64,000 nucleotides of DNA from Verrucomicrobiia bacterium (GTDB lineage: Bacteria; Verrucomicrobiota; Verrucomicrobiia; Limisphaerales; UBA11358): contig DASXDM010000039.1 of the NCBI GenBank assembly GCA_036490655.1, positions 2,559 to 66,558 on the forward strand, read 5' to 3'. Shown here one piece after another: positions 17,107-26,378 of this stretch. Made by a program: the position numbers and the translations under genes. The notes below the pieces were generated by a model. That model was not told the origin of the DNA. It saw only the letters and a list, made by a program, of their open reading frames with translations, and ran no database searches. Positions within the stretch are counted from its first letter, which is position 1. Each line of letters opens with the position of its first letter.

Positions 17107-17133
17107 ATTGAAAGAAAGTCCTGCCAGACTTTC
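17107..17133 (-). terminator. possible weak terminator/attenuator between the FG-GAP gene and psd
   Basis: On the minus strand: GAAAGTC-tggcag-GACTTTC (7-bp perfect stem) followed by TTTCAATTC. Confidence 0.3.
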
Positions 17134-17158
17134 ATTTCCCATCACCGGATCCGCCTCG

Positions 17159-19477
17159 CTATTGCTGCGGGTAAACCAGGATCCGGTCGTGGACGATGAT
17201 GATGAGGTCGTTTTTCTTCCCACCCGTCACGTTGGCCACCAGCGCCTCGCGCGGTTCGGGTATGGCATTGGAATCGCCGCGGAACGTGTGCGCCTCAAAG
17301 ATCTGCCAGCGTTCGCCGGGCACAAGCTTGTGGTTTTTGTCGAACTGGACGATGTCCAAATAATTTTTTGCCGTCTCCATGAACACCAGATCCTTGCGGC
17401 CTTTGCCCGTCAGATCGCCCGAGATAAGATCGTTCAGGTAACCGTCCTTGATGGGCGTGTCATAGCCGTCCAGGGTTTGAAACTTCCAGACATCGCCGCC
17501 CAGCGGCAGCCAGGCCACGGTATTTTGGCCCAGAAAAGCCACACTTTGCGTGCTGCCCAATTGGACCGAACGCAAGGTGTTGAAGCTTGAAACGGGCAAT
17601 TCAATATTGCCCGTCACGCGCCAGACACCATTGGTGTCCCGTTCGCACATCGTCAATTGATTATATTGCGCATCCAACAGGAAGATGGCCGGAATTTTGC
17701 CGTCACTCGATCGTACGGCGGTGGCACCGACGATGCTGGAGTCCCGCTGGGCGCCGTTGATCTGGTCCTGGACGTGAAAGACCCATTGATTGGTCCCGCC
17801 GGGCGATTTTTCCTGCCCGAGCACGACTGCCCGGATGAAATTTTTCTGGGGCAGCAACAGTTCCGGTTTGCCGTCGCCATCGACATCCGCCGAAGCAAGC
17901 CAGGGTTGCTCGATGACGCCGCCGGGCGGATCGACATCTTCCTCATCAAAGGCACCGCTGTTTTTTTGCAGCAGGACCTTGATTTTTTCATAAGGGATCA
18001 ATACGACCAAATCCGCCAGGCCGTCCTCGTCCACGTCCTGGATGGCCATCGTCGAGGGGTCTCCCTTGAAACTGTCGTTCAGTTTTTGGGTATGGATCTT
18101 TCCACCGGCTGTCTCTGTGACCAATGAACGCTGGCCGTCTTTGTCCACGATCACGCAAAGAGTGGGCTTGGCGCCGGGCTTCAGCGGCCCAACGGTCATG
18201 ACCATCGGCTTGCCGTCCAGGGGAATAAGCGTCGGAAAGGGCAACCGTCCACTTTTGTCAAATTCAGTGACCCCGACCGCATTCTCACTTTCGCTCAACA
18301 TGAAAATTTCAGGTTGGCCATCGCCGTTCCAGTCCGCCGAGGCCAATTGGCTGACGCCGGCCAGCGTCGGAAAAGTTTTTGGCGGCGCCAGGGAACCATC
18401 CGGCTGTTGCAAATAAACTGAAATTTCCCCGCTCTCCGGCTCGGCCACGAGGAGGTCCGGGCGGCCGTCGCCGTTCACATCGGCCCAAAGCTCGCCGCGA
18501 TGCGCGGCATCCGTTTTGTTCAAAGGCAAAACCTGGAATTGCCCCTTGGCAAATGTTCCTGACAACGGTTCCGCGGGTTCTTTGATGAATTGCGAAACCT
18601 CGGCGCGATCAGAGTTCTGGCTAATGGTGACCGCATAAAGATTGGTATTACCCTCCAGGTTGTCCGCAATGTAGGCGTGGATGGGTTGGGTTTTGAAATA
18701 GATTTCCGGTCCGAGTTGGCCCGAATCATTTTGCAGGCGAAATCGGAACGGCGTCGGGCTGTCCCAATCGACCAACAGCAGATCATTTTTGCCGTCGCCA
18801 TTGATATCTGTCATCTGGATGGCTTTGGGTGTGCCTGAATAGGGGATTTTCTGGGGCTCGGCAAAAGTATGGTCGGGTTTTTGCGCCCAAAAATAAAGGG
18901 AACCGTTGTCGCCCAGCAACAGGATATCAGACAAACCATCGCCATTCAGGTCGCCGACAACCAGTGCGTTGGGGTCCATGCTTCCGTCGTCAATGTGCCA
19001 GCGCTGGGGGTCGCTCCAGCCATTGGTGCCGAGATTATGGATGATCTCCAAATCCTTGCCGTCTCCGTAAAAAATCAGGTCGGGCTTGCCTTTCCCGCTC
19101 AGATCCGTCACCGACAGGGAGGCGAGCCGCTCATCCGTCGTGATAGAATCGATATGAAAACGGACCCCGGGGGGAAGCTCATTCAATTCCATGCTGGCCG
19201 GCGCGGAGGGAGGATTGGTTTTTCCCGTTTCATTGTAAAGCAGGTCGATCTTGGATCGCCCATTGTTGGCCACGATGAGGTCGTTCAAACCGTCCCCCGT
19301 CAAATCCGCCGCATGGAGCAGGCTGATGCCTTCATCCACCGGATATGTCTCATGCCCGGTGAAGGAGAAGATATTCGTCACCGTTTGGGCGCGAACGGAA
19401 ACAGTCAAACCCAGGGCCAGCGCCGCGAAAGTCATTTTTAATCGCATAAACTTTCGTAACGTGCCAGCGAATGGCAC
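17159..19477 (-). CDS. secreted FG-GAP/VCBS-repeat (integrin-alpha-like beta-propeller) protein
   Basis: Signal peptide, plus at least eight D-x-[ND]-x-D-G-x-x-D[LI] calcium-loop repeats (DLTGDGLNDLIV, DLNGDGLSDILL, DINGDGKNDLLL, DVNGDGRPDLLV, DWNGDGQPEIFM, DVDEDGLADLVV, DVDGDGKPELLL, DLTGKGRKDLVF). Confidence 0.8.
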   Translation of the reverse strand: MPFAGTLRKFMRLKMTFAALALGLTVSVRAQTVTNIFSFTGHETYPVDEGISLLHAADLTGDGLNDLIVANNGRSKIDLLYNETGKTNPPSAPASMELNELPPGVRFHIDSITTDERLASLSVTDLSGKGKPDLIFYGDGKDLEIIHNLGTNGWSDPQRWHIDDGSMDPNALVVGDLNGDGLSDILLLGDNGSLYFWAQKPDHTFAEPQKIPYSGTPKAIQMTDINGDGKNDLLLVDWDSPTPFRFRLQNDSGQLGPEIYFKTQPIHAYIADNLEGNTNLYAVTISQNSDRAEVSQFIKEPAEPLSGTFAKGQFQVLPLNKTDAAHRGELWADVNGDGRPDLLVAEPESGEISVYLQQPDGSLAPPKTFPTLAGVSQLASADWNGDGQPEIFMLSESENAVGVTEFDKSGRLPFPTLIPLDGKPMVMTVGPLKPGAKPTLCVIVDKDGQRSLVTETAGGKIHTQKLNDSFKGDPSTMAIQDVDEDGLADLVVLIPYEKIKVLLQKNSGAFDEEDVDPPGGVIEQPWLASADVDGDGKPELLLPQKNFIRAVVLGQEKSPGGTNQWVFHVQDQINGAQRDSSIVGATAVRSSDGKIPAIFLLDAQYNQLTMCERDTNGVWRVTGNIELPVSSFNTLRSVQLGSTQSVAFLGQNTVAWLPLGGDVWKFQTLDGYDTPIKDGYLNDLISGDLTGKGRKDLVFMETAKNYLDIVQFDKNHKLVPGERWQIFEAHTFRGDSNAIPEPREALVANVTGGKKNDLIIIVHDRILVYPQQ

Positions 19478-19519
19478 TTTTGGCCAGTTTATTTGACTCA
19501 GAAGCCAATCGGCCTGTGC

Positions 19520-19723
19520 TTAAGCAAGTTTCGCGGAATATCCGGCAATCTTGATCCAATACAAGATCCAACAAACCAGCGCCCCCACTGAACAAAGAAT
19601 TCCCAGGAATGGAATGAGGCTGGAGCAGGCGAGGATACACCTGACCAGGCCGAGGTTTTTTCCCGGTTCCGGCTCTTCGGCAATTCCCCGTTTTTGGAAT
19701 TCTGCGCCAAGAGATTTGGCCAT
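19520..19723 (-). CDS. possible small two-TM membrane protein
   Basis: 67-aa ORF from ATG 19723 (MAKSLGAEFQKRG...) with two hydrophobic stretches (LVRCILACSSLIPFLGILCSVGALVCWILYWI). I recognise no homology. Confidence 0.3.
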   Translation of the reverse strand: MAKSLGAEFQKRGIAEEPEPGKNLGLVRCILACSSLIPFLGILCSVGALVCWILYWIKIAGYSAKLA

Positions 19724-19792
19724 GTTGATCACGTATGTGACTATAACAATGCGGTCAACCCCAAGAGACAGCCGTTGATCAGCCACTCGGGC

Positions 19793-20881
19793 TTAAAGCT
19801 GCGCCATCGCCTTGTCGAGCGCGGCGAATAGGGGAGCCATCGATGCTTCCGTTTCATCACCCATGTTGGAGATGCGGAAGGTCGTGCCTTTGATCTTTCC
19901 ATAGCCGCCATCGATCAGGAATCCGCCTTCCTTGGTCAACTTTTGCAGTTTGGCCACGTCCACCGTGCGACCACCAGGACGGGCGCCATTGCTGATACAG
20001 GTGAGCGTGATGGATTCGAATCCTTTTTCGGGGAACAGGTTGAAACCGTGCTTCGTCGCCCAATCGCGGGTCATCTGGTTGGTCTTCTTGTGGCGCGCAT
20101 AACGGTTTTCCAAACCTTCGGCAAAAAATTCGTCGAGCTTGGAGCTCAAGGCATACGTGTGGGCAATGCTCGGTGTGCTTGGCGTCATGCTTTGCTCGGC
20201 ATTTTTTTGGAATTCCACCAGGTCAAAATAATAACCGCGATCTTTCATCTGCGCTGCTTTGGCCAGTGCCGCTTTCGAGCAGGTGAAGACGGCGAATCCG
20301 GGCGGCAATGCAAAAGCCTTCTGCGTCCCGGCCAGTAACACGTCGATGCCCAGCTCGTCAAAATTCAACGGCACGCCGGTCATCGAGCTGACCGCGTCCA
20401 CGATGAACATCACGTCGGGATATTTTTTCTTGAGCGCGGCGATCTCCGCGAGCGGGCTCATGACGCCGGTGGAAGTTTCGTTATGGATGACGGTGATCGC
20501 ATCGAACTGGCCGGTGGCCAGCTTGGCGTCGATCAACTCCGCCCGGATGGGGGAGCCCCATTCCACTTGCAGGGCTTCGGCGTTCTTGCCGCAGCGTTTG
20601 GAGACATCCAGCCATTTGTCCGAAAACGCGCCGCACATGCAGTTGAGCACTTTTTTGGCGACGAGATTGCGGATGGCGCCTTCCATGACGCCCCAGGCGG
20701 ATGATGTGCTCAGATAGACCAATTGTTTGGTCGAAAGCAACTGCTGGAGCTGCGGCTGGATTTTTGTGTAGAGATCTTTGAATCCCTGGCCGCGATGTCC
20801 GATCATCGGCGAGCAAAACGCCTTGAAAGTTTTTTCGCTGACTTCGACGGGACCAGGAATATGTAATTTAGCATGCGCCAT
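19793..20881 (-). CDS. class-V PLP aminotransferase (serine-glyoxylate / alanine-glyoxylate / archaeal-type phosphoserine aminotransferase family)
   Basis: Start at ATG 20881 (MAHAKLHIPGPVEVSEKTF...). PLP-lysine context DVLLAGTQKAFALPPG. The longer listed ORF (to 21235) would run through the divergent promoter region. Confidence 0.85.
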   Translation of the reverse strand: MAHAKLHIPGPVEVSEKTFKAFCSPMIGHRGQGFKDLYTKIQPQLQQLLSTKQLVYLSTSSAWGVMEGAIRNLVAKKVLNCMCGAFSDKWLDVSKRCGKNAEALQVEWGSPIRAELIDAKLATGQFDAITVIHNETSTGVMSPLAEIAALKKKYPDVMFIVDAVSSMTGVPLNFDELGIDVLLAGTQKAFALPPGFAVFTCSKAALAKAAQMKDRGYYFDLVEFQKNAEQSMTPSTPSIAHTYALSSKLDEFFAEGLENRYARHKKTNQMTRDWATKHGFNLFPEKGFESITLTCISNGARPGGRTVDVAKLQKLTKEGGFLIDGGYGKIKGTTFRISNMGDETEASMAPLFAALDKAMAQL

Positions 20882-20972
20882 AAGTTCGTGAAATTTTTCA
20901 CAAGCAGGGCCGAAAGGCAAGAAAACTTTGTGGGTACCCGCTCCACAGATCGAATTGTAACATTCGTGGATT

Positions 20973-21023
20973 TTGTAACCAGTTTGTAACACAAGCGCCG
21001 CACGGCTGTAACCAGATTGTTTC
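20973..21023 (+). promoter_or_regulatory. two Pho-box-like 18-mers (PhoB-type direct repeats)
   Basis: TTGTAACCAGTTTGTAAC (20973-20990) and CTGTAACCAGATTGTTTC (21006-21023). Heptamers are phased 11/22/11 nt in a 7+4+7 architecture like E. coli CTGTCATAWAWCTGTCAY. An extra TTGTAAC lies at 20955. Confidence 0.5.
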
Positions 21024-21056
21024 AATGTCTGAAAACAGTTCCAGTCTGAAGACATT

Positions 21057-22580
21057 ATGAAACAAAAATCACCCCAAACCACAATAAAAGCGATCTGTGC
21101 CGGTGCTACTGCCTTGATGGCCCTAACGGCCCAATCCCACGCGGATACTTCCGTGGATAATCTTTTGAACAAACTGGAGCAAAAGGGAATTTTGACGGTC
21201 AAGGAAGCCGATGAGTTGAAGGCCGAAGATGCCACCGATCAAACCAATGAGTTCAATTCCTTGCCCGCTTCGAAATGGAGAATCTCCGACTCCATCAAAT
21301 CAATTGGTTTATATGGCGATGCCCGGTTTCGTTATGAATACCGTGGCGTCGATAATGTGCCCGGCGCCGGCGCCTCGACTTTTTATCGCGAACGATTCCG
21401 TTATGCTTTGCGCTTTGGTATCCGTGGCGACCTGTATGATGATTTCAGTTACGGTATCCGCCTGGAGACTTCCACCAATCCACGATCACCCTGGGACACC
21501 TTTGGCAGCAATACCACCGCCGGCTCGGTGACGCCCTCGGATAAAGCCGGCAGCGGAATCGGCATCGGACAAATGTTTTTGAACTGGCATCCTGCCGATT
21601 GGTATGAAATGACCGTAGGCCGAATGGCCATGCCGCTTTATACCACCCCCATGGTTTGGGATTCCGATATCAACCCCGAAGGCGCGTTTGAAAAATTTAA
21701 ATACACGATGGCCAACGTGGATGCGTTTGTGGACTTCGGCCAGTTTGATTACCAGGACCCGTCTTCCGCCTCGCAGTTTCCCAGCACTGACACATTCATC
21801 TTGGCCTGGCAGGCGGGCGCCCTCGTGCATCTTCCCAAAGACATGGCCGTTAAAATCGCTCCGGTGATTTACAATTACACCGGGCGCGGCTCCAGTGGCG
21901 GATTGAACCAAAACTTCGTCGGACAAGGTCTTGCCGGTGTCAATGTCGGGTTCCCCGTCGTTCCTCCTGCGGGAACCACCGCCGCCACCGAGGCTGCTTA
22001 CAACGAAGATGGGATCAACAACCTTCTCATCCTGGAAGTGCCTGCTGAATATGATTTCAAGATTCCCCGCACGCCGCTCGGCAAATTGCAGGGACGCGTC
22101 TTCGGCGACTTCGCCTATAACTTTGAGGGCGATAACCGCGCCACCGCGGCATACAACACTACTCCTGCCGCCTTTCCCGGTCGGAGCCACCCCGCCACCG
22201 GCAACAACAAAGCCTATCAGGTCGGTGTGGGAGTGGGCAGTGACGGTCCCGTTTACGGTCCAACCCAGGGTTTGGTTTATGGGTCCACCTCCAAAAAGAA
22301 CACCTGGGAAGCCAGGGTTTACTGGCAGCACGTCGAGCAATATGCCCTCGACGCCAACTTGTTGGATTCCGACTTCTTTGAAGGTCGCGGCAACCTGGAA
22401 GGCTTCTATTCCGCCTTCGCCTACAGCTTTACCGATTGTATCATCGGCACGTTTCGCTACGGCCGCGCTACCACCATCGATGGCAATCTCGGCACCGGCG
22501 GCAATAACCTTGATATTCCGGGCTTAAACCCGATCAAAAACTACAATGTCTTCCAGGCGGACCTTACCTGGAGATTTTAA
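21057..22580 (+). CDS. outer-membrane beta-barrel porin, probably phosphate-starvation inducible
   Basis: Signal peptide (...ALMALTAQSHA). N-terminal coiled-coil segment. Alternating beta-strand pattern rich in Y/G/F. C-terminal ...FQADLTWRF with a terminal Phe, an OMP signature. It lies directly upstream of pstS. Confidence 0.7.
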   Translation: MKQKSPQTTIKAICAGATALMALTAQSHADTSVDNLLNKLEQKGILTVKEADELKAEDATDQTNEFNSLPASKWRISDSIKSIGLYGDARFRYEYRGVDNVPGAGASTFYRERFRYALRFGIRGDLYDDFSYGIRLETSTNPRSPWDTFGSNTTAGSVTPSDKAGSGIGIGQMFLNWHPADWYEMTVGRMAMPLYTTPMVWDSDINPEGAFEKFKYTMANVDAFVDFGQFDYQDPSSASQFPSTDTFILAWQAGALVHLPKDMAVKIAPVIYNYTGRGSSGGLNQNFVGQGLAGVNVGFPVVPPAGTTAATEAAYNEDGINNLLILEVPAEYDFKIPRTPLGKLQGRVFGDFAYNFEGDNRATAAYNTTPAAFPGRSHPATGNNKAYQVGVGVGSDGPVYGPTQGLVYGSTSKKNTWEARVYWQHVEQYALDANLLDSDFFEGRGNLEGFYSAFAYSFTDCIIGTFRYGRATTIDGNLGTGGNNLDIPGLNPIKNYNVFQADLTWRF

Positions 22581-22585
22581 CCCGA

Positions 22586-22603
22586 TTGTAACGTGATAGT
22601 TTC
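22586..22603 (+). promoter_or_regulatory. Pho-box-like 18-mer upstream of pstS
   Basis: TTGTAAC-GTGA-TAGTTTC, with the same 7+4+7 architecture and half-sites as the boxes upstream of the porin. It lies 30 nt upstream of the pstS ATG. Confidence 0.5.
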
Positions 22604-22632
22604 AAGTAAAACTGATTAACTGAATACAGCAG

Positions 22633-23649
22633 ATGAAAAAAATAATTCTCTCAATCCTCGGCGGCGCGACGTTGCTCCTTGTCCAGGGAAATGCCTCCGC
22701 GCAGACGCTCATCAATGGCGCGGGTTCCACCTTTGATTATCCCGCTTTCACCAAATGGTTCGAACAATATGGGCAGACCCATTCGGACGTGCGGTTCAAC
22801 TATTCCTCCATCGGTTCCGGCGGCGGCCAAAAACAGTTGCTGAATCAGACCGTGGATTTCGGCGCGTCTGATGCCCCGATGAAAGACGAGCAATTGTCCC
22901 AGGCGCCCGGAAAAATCATTCATCTTCCCATTGTCGCCGGCGGCGTGGCCATCATGTACAACCTTCCCGGCAATCCGAAACTGAAACTGGACGGCGATGT
23001 TCTCGCGAACATTTACCTTGGCAATATCACGATGTGGAATGATCCCAAGCTGGTCGCGCTAAACCCCGGGGTGACGTTGCCTGCTTTGCAGATCGTCCCG
23101 GTGCATCGCACTGAAGGAAGCGGTACGACGTTCATCTTTACCGATTATCTCAGTTCGGTTAATCCGGTATGGTCCGACTCGATCGGCAAAAGCTCGTCCA
23201 TCAAATGGCCGGCCGGCATCGGGCTTGGCGCGAAAGGCAGTGAAGGCGTGGCCGGCCAGGTCCAACAGACTTCCGGGGCGATCGGGTATGGTGAATTGGC
23301 TTATGCCGACGAGAGCAAGATCACTTATGCCGACGTGAAAAATTCTTCGGGAAATTTCATCTCGCCCGCGCCGGCCTCGGTCAGTGCCGCGCTCGCCACG
23401 GCGAAAATACCGGATGATTTTCGTTTCTCCATCGTCAACCCGCCGGGGGCGGAGGCTTATCCGATTGCCGGACCCAGTTGGGTGCTCATTTATCAGAAAC
23501 AAAAAGATCCCGCTCGTGGACAAAAACTCGTCGAATTCCTGAAATGGGCGATCACCGACGGTCAAAAAATTTCCAGCACGCTTGATTATGCGCCGCTCCC
23601 CGACAGTGTGCAGCAATCCGAGTTGAAGTTGCTGGACACGGTAAAATAA
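22633..23649 (+). CDS. pstS: phosphate ABC transporter substrate-binding protein
   Basis: Signal peptide plus GAGSTFDYPAFTKW...SSIGSGGG...GASDAP motifs of PstS. Confidence 0.95.
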   Translation: MKKIILSILGGATLLLVQGNASAQTLINGAGSTFDYPAFTKWFEQYGQTHSDVRFNYSSIGSGGGQKQLLNQTVDFGASDAPMKDEQLSQAPGKIIHLPIVAGGVAIMYNLPGNPKLKLDGDVLANIYLGNITMWNDPKLVALNPGVTLPALQIVPVHRTEGSGTTFIFTDYLSSVNPVWSDSIGKSSSIKWPAGIGLGAKGSEGVAGQVQQTSGAIGYGELAYADESKITYADVKNSSGNFISPAPASVSAALATAKIPDDFRFSIVNPPGAEAYPIAGPSWVLIYQKQKDPARGQKLVEFLKWAITDGQKISSTLDYAPLPDSVQQSELKLLDTVK

Positions 23650-23695
23650 TGACTTTGCCGCGCATGCGCGGTAATCTTTTAGCTGGCGCAAGCCG

Positions 23696-23731
23696 GACGA
23701 AGAGCGTTGTTCCTTCCGCTCTTCGTCTTTT
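23696..23731 (+). terminator. intra-operon hairpin (attenuator/processing-type) between pstS and pstC
   Basis: GACGAAGAGCG-ttgttccttc-CGCTCTTCGTC (11-bp perfect stem) followed by TTTT. It is preceded by the palindrome CCGCGC-AT-GCGCGG at 23658-23671. Confidence 0.6.
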
Positions 23732-23738
23732 GCATTAA

Positions 23739-24722
23739 ATGACAGACACAAAAAACAGGATGCCGGATGCTAACGGTGAGGCCGGCCGGCTTGGCGCCGG
23801 GACCTCCCCTTTGGGAGATCGCGCCTTTGAATGGCTTACCCTGCTCATGGCCCTGTCGGTTTTTATTTTGATCCTGATCATCGGTTACGAGTTGGCGCGC
23901 GGGGCGCTTCCGGCCATCCATAAATTTCACTGGCATTTTCTGACGAGCACTGATTGGGACCCGGATAACGACATCTATGGAGCCTTGCCGTTCATCTTCG
24001 GCACCGTTGTCTCTTCCGCCATCGCGCTGGTCATCGCCGTGCCGATCAGTGTCGCGACGGCGGTTTACCTGACTGAATTGGCGCCGCTGTGGTTGCGCCA
24101 GCCTCTCATCATGTTCATTGAACTGCTCGCCGCCATTCCCAGCGTCATCCTTGGTTTTTGGGGGTTGTTCGTCATGGTCCCCTGGCTGCACGCTCATTTT
24201 TTCCCGTTCTTGAGGACCTCCTTTGGTTTTTTGCCGGTTTTTCATGGCAACGATTATGGTCCCTGCATGTTGGCGGCCGGGATCATTCTCGCCATCATGA
24301 TCATTCCCATCATCACTTCCGTTTCACGCGAGATCTTGCGTTCGGTTCCCGGACTCCAGCGGGAAGCCGCCTATGCCCTGGGCGCCACGCGTTGGGAAGT
24401 GACCCGTATTGCCGTGTTGAGTTACGCAAAAAAAGGTTTGTTCGGCGCAGTCATTCTCGGTTTGGGCCGGGCGTTGGGCGAAACCATGGCGGTGACCATG
24501 GTCATCGGCAACGCGCCGCAGATCGTTTCGTCCCTCTTTGCGCCGGGCAGCACGCTGGCCAGTTGGATCGCCAACCAATTCACCGAAGCCGTCGGCAACA
24601 TGTTCTACAGCGCGCTCTTTGAACTGGGGTTGGTGTTGTTGGGCGTGACGCTGCTGGTGAACATCTTCGCGCAATTGCTCTTGAAAACTTTCGCCGGTCC
24701 CAGCATCAAACCTCAACATTGA
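23739..24722 (+). CDS. pstC: phosphate ABC transporter permease PstC
   Basis: Multi-TM permease with an EAA-like loop (REAAYALGATRWEV). Position matches the pst operon order. Confidence 0.95.
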   Translation: MTDTKNRMPDANGEAGRLGAGTSPLGDRAFEWLTLLMALSVFILILIIGYELARGALPAIHKFHWHFLTSTDWDPDNDIYGALPFIFGTVVSSAIALVIAVPISVATAVYLTELAPLWLRQPLIMFIELLAAIPSVILGFWGLFVMVPWLHAHFFPFLRTSFGFLPVFHGNDYGPCMLAAGIILAIMIIPIITSVSREILRSVPGLQREAAYALGATRWEVTRIAVLSYAKKGLFGAVILGLGRALGETMAVTMVIGNAPQIVSSLFAPGSTLASWIANQFTEAVGNMFYSALFELGLVLLGVTLLVNIFAQLLLKTFAGPSIKPQH

Positions 24723-25573
24723 TGAACGCCCCCAACCATAGCTGGCGCAAGTTCAAGAACACGTTCATGGAGTCCCTGACGCTGGTGTGCGCGATTCTCG
24801 TCGTTACGCCCTTGCTGTTGGTGTTCTACCATCTCATCCGGGAAGGGTTTGGTTCCATCAACGTCGCCTTCTTCACGCAATTGCCCAAGCCGGTCGGCGA
24901 GGCCGGCGGGGGCATGGCCAATGCCATCGTCGGGACTTTTATTTTGATCGGCCAGGCCGCGTTGCTCGGCGTGCCCATCGGGGTGCTGGGCGGGATTTAT
25001 CTCTCCGAATACGGCGCCAGGAAATTCAATTGGTGGATCCGTTTTGCCGCCGACATTTTGAACGGCGTGCCGTCCATCACCTGGGGCGTCGTTGTTTATG
25101 GGTTGATGGTCGTGCCCATGCACGGCTCCTCGGCGCTGGCGGGCGGTGTGGTGCTGGGCCTGATGATGATTCCGCTGGTGATGCGGACCACCGAAGAAGT
25201 CCTGCAACTGGTCCCGGGAGGCTATCGGGAGGCCGCCCTGGCCCTTGGCATTTCCAAATGGCGGATGATTGTGCTTATCGTCGTGCGCACCGCCCTCAAG
25301 GGGATTGTCACCGGTGTTCTGCTCGCCACGGCGCGCATTGCCGGCGAAACCGCCCCGCTTTTGTTCACCGCCATGGGCAATCTCGGGTGGGCCCATAATT
25401 TGAAAGAGCCGATCGCCGCCATCCCGCTGGTGATCTATAATTACGCCATGTCGCCTTATCAGGACTGGAAACGGCAGGCCTGGGCGGGTGCGCTCGTGTT
25501 GCTTCTCCTCGTTTTGTTCATTAATATCGGCGTTCGTTTTTTGACGCGCGACCGTTTTCATCAAAAAAGCTGA
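24719..25573 (+). CDS. pstA: phosphate ABC transporter permease PstA
   Basis: REAALALGISKWRMI loop. It overlaps the pstC stop by 4 nt. Confidence 0.95.
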   Translation: MMNAPNHSWRKFKNTFMESLTLVCAILVVTPLLLVFYHLIREGFGSINVAFFTQLPKPVGEAGGGMANAIVGTFILIGQAALLGVPIGVLGGIYLSEYGARKFNWWIRFAADILNGVPSITWGVVVYGLMVVPMHGSSALAGGVVLGLMMIPLVMRTTEEVLQLVPGGYREAALALGISKWRMIVLIVVRTALKGIVTGVLLATARIAGETAPLLFTAMGNLGWAHNLKEPIAAIPLVIYNYAMSPYQDWKRQAWAGALVLLLLVLFINIGVRFLTRDRFHQKS

Positions 25574-25579
25574 AATTCA

Positions 25580-26359
25580 ATGGCCACCGCAACCATCTCA
25601 GAACCCGCGGCGTTGACCGTGCGCAATCTTTCGATTTATTTCGGAGGAAATCATGTGCTTAAAAGCGTGTCGCTCGATATCGGTTCCAAAGCCGTCACGG
25701 CCATCATCGGTCCAAGCGGTTGCGGCAAATCCACGTTTTTGCGCGCGCTCAATCGCATGCACGAGTTGGTGCCCGAGGCCCGCATGACCGGGGATATCCG
25801 GTTGTTCGGCGACGATATTTACGCCCGCAATGTCGAACCGGTCGTGGTCCGCCGCCGCGTCGGGATGGTTTTTCAAAAATCCAATCCGTTCCCGACGATG
25901 TCCATTGCGGAAAACGTCACCGTCGGGTTGCGTCTCAACGGCGCAAGGGATAAAAAATTCCTGGCCGGGCGCACCGAACAATCGCTGCGCATGGCTGCCC
26001 TGTGGGATGAAGTGAAAGACCGTTTGCACGCGCCGGCCATCAGTCTCTCGGGCGGCCAACAGCAACGTCTGTGCATCGCCCGCGCCCTGGCAGTGCAACC
26101 GGAGGTATTGCTCATGGATGAGCCGGCTTCCGCGCTCGACCCGCTGGCGACCTCGAAGATCGAAGACCTCGTGCGTGAATTAAAAAAGAACTACACCATC
26201 GTCATTGTTACCCATAATATGCAACAGGCGGCGCGCATCTCGGATTTTACCGCGTTTTTTTATTTGGGTGAACTCGTGGAATTCGGGCCGACGGCGAAAA
26301 TTTTCACCAACCCGTCGCAGAAACGCACCGAAGATTATGTGACAGGAAGGTTCGGTTGA
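25580..26359 (+). CDS. pstB: phosphate ABC transporter ATP-binding protein
   Basis: Walker [10 protein letters not shown], signature LSGGQQQR, Walker B LLMDEP. Confidence 0.95.
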   Translation: MATATISEPAALTVRNLSIYFGGNHVLKSVSLDIGSKAVTAIIGPSGCGKSTFLRALNRMHELVPEARMTGDIRLFGDDIYARNVEPVVVRRRVGMVFQKSNPFPTMSIAENVTVGLRLNGARDKKFLAGRTEQSLRMAALWDEVKDRLHAPAISLSGGQQQRLCIARALAVQPEVLLMDEPASALDPLATSKIEDLVRELKKNYTIVIVTHNMQQAARISDFTAFFYLGELVEFGPTAKIFTNPSQKRTEDYVTGRFG

Positions 26360-26378
26360 GCTAGTTTGAGACAGGCAT

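Noticed and set aside
19793-21235. Full 480-aa version of the aminotransferase ORF
   Set aside because: The first 118 codons have no similarity to class-V aminotransferases and would cover the Pho-box/promoter region and the start of the divergent porin gene. The conserved enzyme begins at ATG 20881.
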